Positions 59,222 through 64,000 of a stretch of 64,000 nucleotides of DNA are shown one piece after another. A program made the translations under genes and the position numbers. Location of the stretch: positions 1 through 64,000 of the IMG/VR virus record IMGVR_UViG_3300009164_000061, one strand, 5' to 3'. The notes under the pieces were generated by a model that had not been told where the DNA came from, did no database searches, and worked only from the letters and a program-made list of their open reading frames with translations. Source of the DNA: an uncultured virus (IMG/VR IMGVR_UViG_3300009164_000061). Its lineage: Duplodnaviria > Heunggongvirae > Uroviricota > Caudoviricetes. Each line of letters begins with the position of its first letter. Position 1 is the first letter of the stretch.

Positions 59222-60394
59222 TTAACCTCGGCCTACTTGACCTTCTCCCTGCTTTTTACCACCAGTTCCGCCGCCAGCTGGAACATTTGGGGCTCCTGTC
59301 CAAGTTTGAACACTTTGAACTCTATCAAACCATTCATTAAGATTATAGGCGCTAGCTTTAGACAGAAGTCCATTTTTAATAATATCAGTATATCCTGCAA
59401 AAACTGCAGCTCCGTCATTTCCAAATTCAACTGGAGATTTGGTTGGAGAAACTGCCTCTGCTATTTTGGTGAATACTGCGGTTAATCGTTTTACACCTTC
59501 AGGTAAAAGCTTGAATTTTTGAGACTTCTCGTTGTACGAAATCAATATTTTAAAATCGGCAGAGCTTAATCCTGTCCAGGCAGCACCAACATCCGGAATT
59601 GGATTATTGACTAACATACGTTTACCTTTAACGAAGTTAGCCGCACCATTCGCAATTGCGGTAGTTGCAGCAGCTGAGTCCTTTCCATTAACGTATCTTG
59701 TAAAATAGTCACCTGCTACTGGGTCATTTTTTGCAATATGATCCGGCACTCCAAGCGCATTTAATAGATTAATTGAAATAGCTGCAGCAATCATATTTGA
59801 AATTGAGCCTAATTGGCCAGGTTTTGCCCAATAATAACTAAAACCTCTTGCGTCAGCTTCAGCTACTGGATTGCCTAATGTAAATTTAAGCACAAAGTTT
59901 TGACAATTACCAAGATAAAATTTAAAACGAGTAACCATATCGGCTTGGGAATTTGCAAATCTAACGAGTGCAAGCATTCCATTATTTGAAGCAGTTATTG
60001 TGATTGGTCCAGTTAGGTCAGCCTTTTTAAGAAAGATTGTACCTGTTTCAAGTAGTTTTCGACCGTTGATCTCTAACATATCGTCTCCAGGTTTTGCAGT
60101 CTTTTGAGTTGAATCTAAATTAATTGTGATTCGAGTTTTGGCCTCAGCTCCACCAAATTTACTACCGTCCGTATCAATAAATCTTAATGATGCAATGTTT
60201 TGCATTGTTAATGTATAGACAATATCCTTTTTTATTCCAATATTTGCAGCTAATTGATCAGTAATATTTGATGCACTAGTTGAGGACGAAATGAATGCTA
60301 TACCATCAACTGCTGGAGCAGTAGTAGATAAAGGAGAAGCTTCAGTTGCCTCGTTTATCCAACTGGCATAGCTTTTAATTAATTGATTTTTCAT
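59222..60394 (-). CDS. Putative internal virion protein
   Basis: MKNQLIKSYASWINE tag; late motif at 60424. Confidence 0.6.
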   Translation of the reverse strand: MKNQLIKSYASWINEATEASPLSTTAPAVDGIAFISSSTSASNITDQLAANIGIKKDIVYTLTMQNIASLRFIDTDGSKFGGAEAKTRITINLDSTQKTAKPGDDMLEINGRKLLETGTIFLKKADLTGPITITASNNGMLALVRFANSQADMVTRFKFYLGNCQNFVLKFTLGNPVAEADARGFSYYWAKPGQLGSISNMIAAAISINLLNALGVPDHIAKNDPVAGDYFTRYVNGKDSAAATTAIANGAANFVKGKRMLVNNPIPDVGAAWTGLSSADFKILISYNEKSQKFKLLPEGVKRLTAVFTKIAEAVSPTKSPVEFGNDGAAVFAGYTDIIKNGLLSKASAYNLNEWFDRVQSVQTWTGAPNVPAGGGTGGKKQGEGQVGRG

Positions 60395-60459
60395 TATATT
60401 ATAGAGTAATTATTTTCTAGGTATTATTTATCTTTTGTACTATTTGATATTTCAGGGTT

Positions 60460-60801
60460 TTAAAGTACATCAGCCACTATGATAAATTCAATCCAACCTA
60501 AGTCATTTCCGCTTATGTCAGATAGACTTTCAGTATACCTATCCCATTCAGCTAAATCTTCCAAATTATCAAGGTCTATCCATTTATCCATATACTGATT
60601 GGTTTTGTTCTTTAGTACCCGAATTGCAGCATTAACTTCAGGATCACCGCCCCATTCATCAATCATTTTATCTAAACGGTTGTCAAAAGGTTCTTTGTCA
60701 GCTAAACCTAGATCCCTTAACTGGTTAAGATCATCATCTGGATCCAGATTAGCCTCAGATTCCTGGAGTATAAATTGATTAAATGGTTTAATTTGTCCCA
60801 T
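60460..60801 (-). CDS. Putative internal virion protein (acidic)
   Basis: MGQIKPFNQFILQE tag; late motif at 60821. Confidence 0.6.
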   Translation of the reverse strand: MGQIKPFNQFILQESEANLDPDDDLNQLRDLGLADKEPFDNRLDKMIDEWGGDPEVNAAIRVLKNKTNQYMDKWIDLDNLEDLAEWDRYTESLSDISGNDLGWIEFIIVADVL

Positions 60802-60903
60802 TTTTAAAGAGATATTTTGATTATTTATCTAGAGTCGACCAAATTTAAAAAAGGTTGGTACTATAAACTCAAGTAATAATTTTTTAAATTAAACCAAAAA
60901 AAG

Positions 60904-61212
60904 ATGAAAACGTCAAAGACAACATCAAAGTCTGCTACTAAGGTTGCAGCAAAGTCAGTATCAACTCCAGTAGTTGCAACTGTTTCACGTAGTACTAATA
61001 GCCGTAAAGGTGCTAGCTACAAAAAATTATCAATTCCACAAAAATTGGAAATCATCACTAGCCGCAAGCGTCGTGGAGATAACCAGGTAATTGCTGCTGA
61101 ATTGAATGTGACCCCTACTTACGTAAGTGGAGTAGTAAACGGCCGTCACCAAAACACTAAAATTGTGAATCGTATGTACGATAAAGTACGCGGTCGCAAG
61201 GTAGTTGCATAA
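60904..61212 (+). CDS. Basic HTH DNA-binding protein with a Lys/Ser/Thr-rich tail
   Basis: GDNQVIAAELNVTPTYVSGVVNG. Confidence 0.65.
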   Translation: MKTSKTTSKSATKVAAKSVSTPVVATVSRSTNSRKGASYKKLSIPQKLEIITSRKRRGDNQVIAAELNVTPTYVSGVVNGRHQNTKIVNRMYDKVRGRKVVA

Positions 61213-61232
61213 GTTTAGTAACTCACAACAGC

Positions 61233-61523
61233 CTAAAGGGAATCAGTTAATGGTTCCCTTTTTTTTGTGATTTGAACAGTTAGATCACCAGTGCCTTGTA
61301 GCAATCGGTGCCATTCGCCTTTTGGAATAAGGACTGGGCTGGTTAGCACTCTAGGCAAACAGTTCTCAAATTGAATGAGCCAGTCAGTTTGGCCTAGCGA
61401 TTCAACCACTCGATCTTCATCATCACGGTGCCAAGTAAGTTCTTCCCGATCAAGCTCGGCACTGAATTTTCGGACTGAGATTTCACCAGTAATTTGGGTT
61501 TCTTGAAATGGAAGTTGCATCAT
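61233..61523 (-). CDS. Cupin-like protein
   Basis: WHRDDEDR...IPKGEWHRL. Confidence 0.65.
   Translation of the reverse strand: MMQLPFQETQITGEISVRKFSAELDREELTWHRDDEDRVVESLGQTDWLIQFENCLPRVLTSPVLIPKGEWHRLLQGTGDLTVQITKKREPLTDSL
61235..61266 (+). terminator. Intrinsic terminator overlapping the convergent gene end
   Basis: aaagggaatca-gttaa-tggttccctttttttt. Confidence 0.7.
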
Positions 61524-61526
61524 TTA

Positions 61527-61814
61527 TTACTTTTTACCAAGTTGGCGTTTTACTTCAGCTCTAACGCTTTCCATCTTTTTTGCATAAGTTGGATTCTTTT
61601 TACGGTTAAACACAATTTGCTGATTAATACTGCCTGTAATTTTTTGCATGTTCCTTTTTCTGGTTCTGATTAACCAGCTGGCCAAGGCCTTGACCCCAAG
61701 CGTCTTGAATTTACCATTTGCATCAGGTGCACCAGAGTCATGCCAGTCCGGCGAGCCCTTTGGTTTTTTGGCTTCAGTAATTAAAAAATCGTTATAATAT
61801 AATACGTGTTGCAT
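61527..61814 (-). CDS. Basic putative internal virion protein
   Basis: MQHVLYYNDFLITE tag. Confidence 0.6.
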   Translation of the reverse strand: MQHVLYYNDFLITEAKKPKGSPDWHDSGAPDANGKFKTLGVKALASWLIRTRKRNMQKITGSINQQIVFNRKKNPTYAKKMESVRAEVKRQLGKK

Positions 61815-61823
61815 CGTTGTAGA

Positions 61824-62342
61824 CTACTTTTTCTTTGATTTTCTGACCCTTTGTGCCAGATCCTTGTCGGCCTTGCCCCAAGTTCCACTTGACTTTGTAA
61901 CAAATGAATTTACTCTGGCATGGGCCCAGGCAACCTGGCTCTGACCTGGACGATGACCCGTTTTCCAGGCAGCCATACCTCGATTAAACACCTGTTTAAG
62001 AATACCAAACGGCATGCCGTATTTTTTGGCTTTTGCTTTTAGTGAAGTATCTGCTGAACTTGATTCATTAATCTCTGCCCATTCCCCAAATCTCCAAACT
62101 TGGGTCTCATTCATTTCACGGTTTACCTCCTTGGTAAACGGGCTCTTGACCTTTGAGCCTTTGAATTTGCCAGATTTATCTAGATCACCGGGCATTGGTT
62201 TATAGGCTGATGAGTCTGAATCGCTCATCTCGGCTTGACGCTTCATTTGAGACTCTTTCTTCGCCTTTTGTTTTGAGTCTAGACCTTTAAAATATGGACC
62301 TGACTTGCTGGTCACTTTTTTCTCGTTAAGATTCATCTTCAT
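61824..62342 (-). CDS. Basic putative internal virion protein
   Basis: LNE/MNE/INE sites; LKQVFNRGMAAWKTGHRPG...WAHARVNSF module. Confidence 0.6.
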   Translation of the reverse strand: MKMNLNEKKVTSKSGPYFKGLDSKQKAKKESQMKRQAEMSDSDSSAYKPMPGDLDKSGKFKGSKVKSPFTKEVNREMNETQVWRFGEWAEINESSSADTSLKAKAKKYGMPFGILKQVFNRGMAAWKTGHRPGQSQVAWAHARVNSFVTKSSGTWGKADKDLAQRVRKSKKK

Positions 62343-62350
62343 TCTTTTTT

Positions 62351-62935
62351 TTACCAGAAACCTGGGTAAGTTTTACCGCCCCAAAGATGGGCATAACGGT
62401 TAATACGGCAAGCCCAGTAACCTGCACTCATGCGGTCCGTTTTAAGATGGCACTGGTGGCGGGCTGCAAAGCTTTTACGAGCAGCCGGATTGCTTACTTT
62501 TGCAGTAAGCCCGCCGTGAACATCGCCAAATGCAATTTTCTTGACTTTACCAGTGGCCGGATTCTTTACATAGACATGGTACTTCTTGGCTCCGCCGCGT
62601 TGAGGTTTACCAAGTTCAACGGTTTTACCCTGATACTCGGCCTCAAAAATTGGAAAGTCAAGTAGCACAGTCTGGCCCTCAAATTGGGCAACTCGACCAA
62701 GATCAGTATCCCTAAATAGTTCTCGATCAACTCCGGATAATTCAATCTCTCCAGCCTGCCAAACCCTGCGAGCCTCAACAATTAAGCGCTGATGGGCAAG
62801 ACTACCGGGTCTAAAAATAGATTCGCAAACCGAGAGGCCAGCGGTTAGGTGGTACTGTAGGGATTCTTGTAGTACCTCAGCTTCAGCTGTTTCAGTATAG
62901 GCTTCAGTTATCCAAGCCTGGAATGGTTTCAACAT
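62351..62935 (-). CDS. Putative internal virion protein with a basic C-terminal domain
   Basis: Start placed at MLKPFQAWITE (62935); KKYHVYVK...RKSFAARHQC...YWAC. Confidence 0.6.
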   Translation of the reverse strand: MLKPFQAWITEAYTETAEAEVLQESLQYHLTAGLSVCESIFRPGSLAHQRLIVEARRVWQAGEIELSGVDRELFRDTDLGRVAQFEGQTVLLDFPIFEAEYQGKTVELGKPQRGGAKKYHVYVKNPATGKVKKIAFGDVHGGLTAKVSNPAARKSFAARHQCHLKTDRMSAGYWACRINRYAHLWGGKTYPGFW

Positions 62936-63009
62936 TTTCTTTTTTTCTTTTTTCTCGGCCACGCCCAAGGGGGTAACCGTGGCGGTGCAGGCACGCCCAA
63001 TTTTATCCG

Positions 63010-63384
63010 CTAAAATCGCCATCGGGTTTCCAGTGTCCAATAAATTTGGTTTTCAGTAAATCCCATCTCTGCCATGCGTTTTGCAAAGGGTTCAAATACT
63101 ACACCTAGCAGATCGGGTCTAAACCGCTTAAGCGTTGCTGCAACTGCTTTTGCTCGGCGAACCAATTTTGCCCTGTCCGTAATTAGTTTAGACATTGATA
63201 CCGATTTACTTACTGGGTTTGCGGAGTCTATTAGGTTTCTGGCACGTAACCAGTCCTTGTCTTCTGGGTAATGCGCGTCAATTTGGCGGTCGGGTGTTGC
63301 AGCCGCTAGGCCAAGTTCGGCCATATCAGCATATTCCTGATATAGATTTTCAAAAATGTGGAATGGTTTAATATACTGTTTCAT
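63010..63384 (-). CDS. Putative internal virion protein
   Basis: MKQYIKPFHIFE tag. Confidence 0.6.
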   Translation of the reverse strand: MKQYIKPFHIFENLYQEYADMAELGLAAATPDRQIDAHYPEDKDWLRARNLIDSANPVSKSVSMSKLITDRAKLVRRAKAVAATLKRFRPDLLGVVFEPFAKRMAEMGFTENQIYWTLETRWRF

Positions 63385-63388
63385 TTGA

Positions 63389-63850
63389 TTATAGTTTATT
63401 TAATTGAGGTAGAGTTTCGCCGGTTTCCACGAGGTACCAGGTATTGCGGTTAACAACGTGCAATACCTCAGCTCCGTGTCGACGCGATTCAGTAAGAAGA
63501 TAATCCAGGATTAATTTTTCATTTTTACGACTGGCCTCAAAATCAATGGTTGAGCCGTATGCTCTGGTGTCTAGCCCTTTGACCCGTGCAATCTGGTCTG
63601 ACCAAGTATCCCATTCCGGGTCCATGGGAGAAGGCCAATCCCCAAAAAATGCCCAGTTAATAAAGGATTTACCAGTATCTATCCCAATCTCTAGGATACC
63701 GTATTTAATGGTTGCCTCGATTAGTTTAAGACCGTTGGCAAGGCCTAATTGATAGAGCTCAAGTTGATCAATAATCCGTTGAGCCTCATCGGAAAGCCCA
63801 ATAGACTCATTTAGTGCAAAATTATGAAATTGACTAATATACTTCTTCAT
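63389..63850 (-). CDS. Putative internal virion protein
   Basis: MKKYISQFHNFALNE tag; late motif at 63855. Confidence 0.6.
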   Translation of the reverse strand: MKKYISQFHNFALNESIGLSDEAQRIIDQLELYQLGLANGLKLIEATIKYGILEIGIDTGKSFINWAFFGDWPSPMDPEWDTWSDQIARVKGLDTRAYGSTIDFEASRKNEKLILDYLLTESRRHGAEVLHVVNRNTWYLVETGETLPQLNKL

Positions 63851-64000
63851 GAGGTTATTTATAGGAGCCTGTTCCGCGGATTTATTTAATTTATTAGCCT
63901 ATTAGGTAGACCCCAACCCGGGGGAGAATTTGCTCCAGGTAGAGTGTGACCTCCCAAATGAGCCCAGGAAACCGCCTCCGGGCCTGGGGAGAATCTTGAA

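Noticed and set aside
2451..63752. Many 60-150 aa ORFs nested in or antisense to longer genes (e.g. 2451, 14768, 22923, 31112, 33701, 58562, 62387)
   Set aside because: They overlap well-supported genes and show no recognisable motifs; treated as shadow ORFs
1..64000. Alternative genetic code (stop-codon reassignment)
   Set aside because: Known genes are intact and densely packed under the standard code, with no fragmentation at TAG or TGA
1..64000. Eukaryotic giant virus or bacterial chromosome
   Set aside because: T4-like terminase, baseplate and tail genes, a sigma factor, tmRNA, bS21 and intrinsic terminators indicate a bacteriophage

Overview
AT-rich, gene-dense 64-kb segment of a large T4-like (contractile-tailed, probably jumbo) bacteriophage. 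The host is most likely in Bacteroidota, judged from a Bacteroidota-type bS21, DUF3127- and DUF4494-like genes, a tmRNA tag starting with Gly, and A-rich start regions without Shine-Dalgarno motifs. From left to right: the end of a collagen-like tail fibre with an S74-type chaperone; a glycosyltransferase/methyltransferase cluster including an Aah/TibC-like heptosyltransferase; tail and baseplate genes (gp3-, gp15-, gp6-, gp26-like); a tmRNA; large terminase, PhoH and an ECF sigma factor; a FkbM + MBD4-like + beta-glucosyltransferase-like cassette; bS21; DNA metabolism and repair genes (ligase, NMP kinase, exonucleases, UvsE, Fpg/Nei, ThyA); and many small to large proteins sharing a T4-like capsid-targeting N-terminus. 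The strongest unexplained signals are (1) a ~415-nt highly structured non-coding RNA at 42880-43295 with its own promoter and terminator, (2) about 20 proteins carrying a T4 CTS-like tag plus [LI]xE cleavage site, mostly downstream of an ATAAATAA late promoter, (3) four exact TAGTATAAT-N6-ATG leaderless genes including bS21, (4) an A9 -1 frameshift/slippage site that would add an SH3-like domain, and (5) an unusually long tmRNA tag. All family assignments come from motif recognition by eye; no database searches were run.
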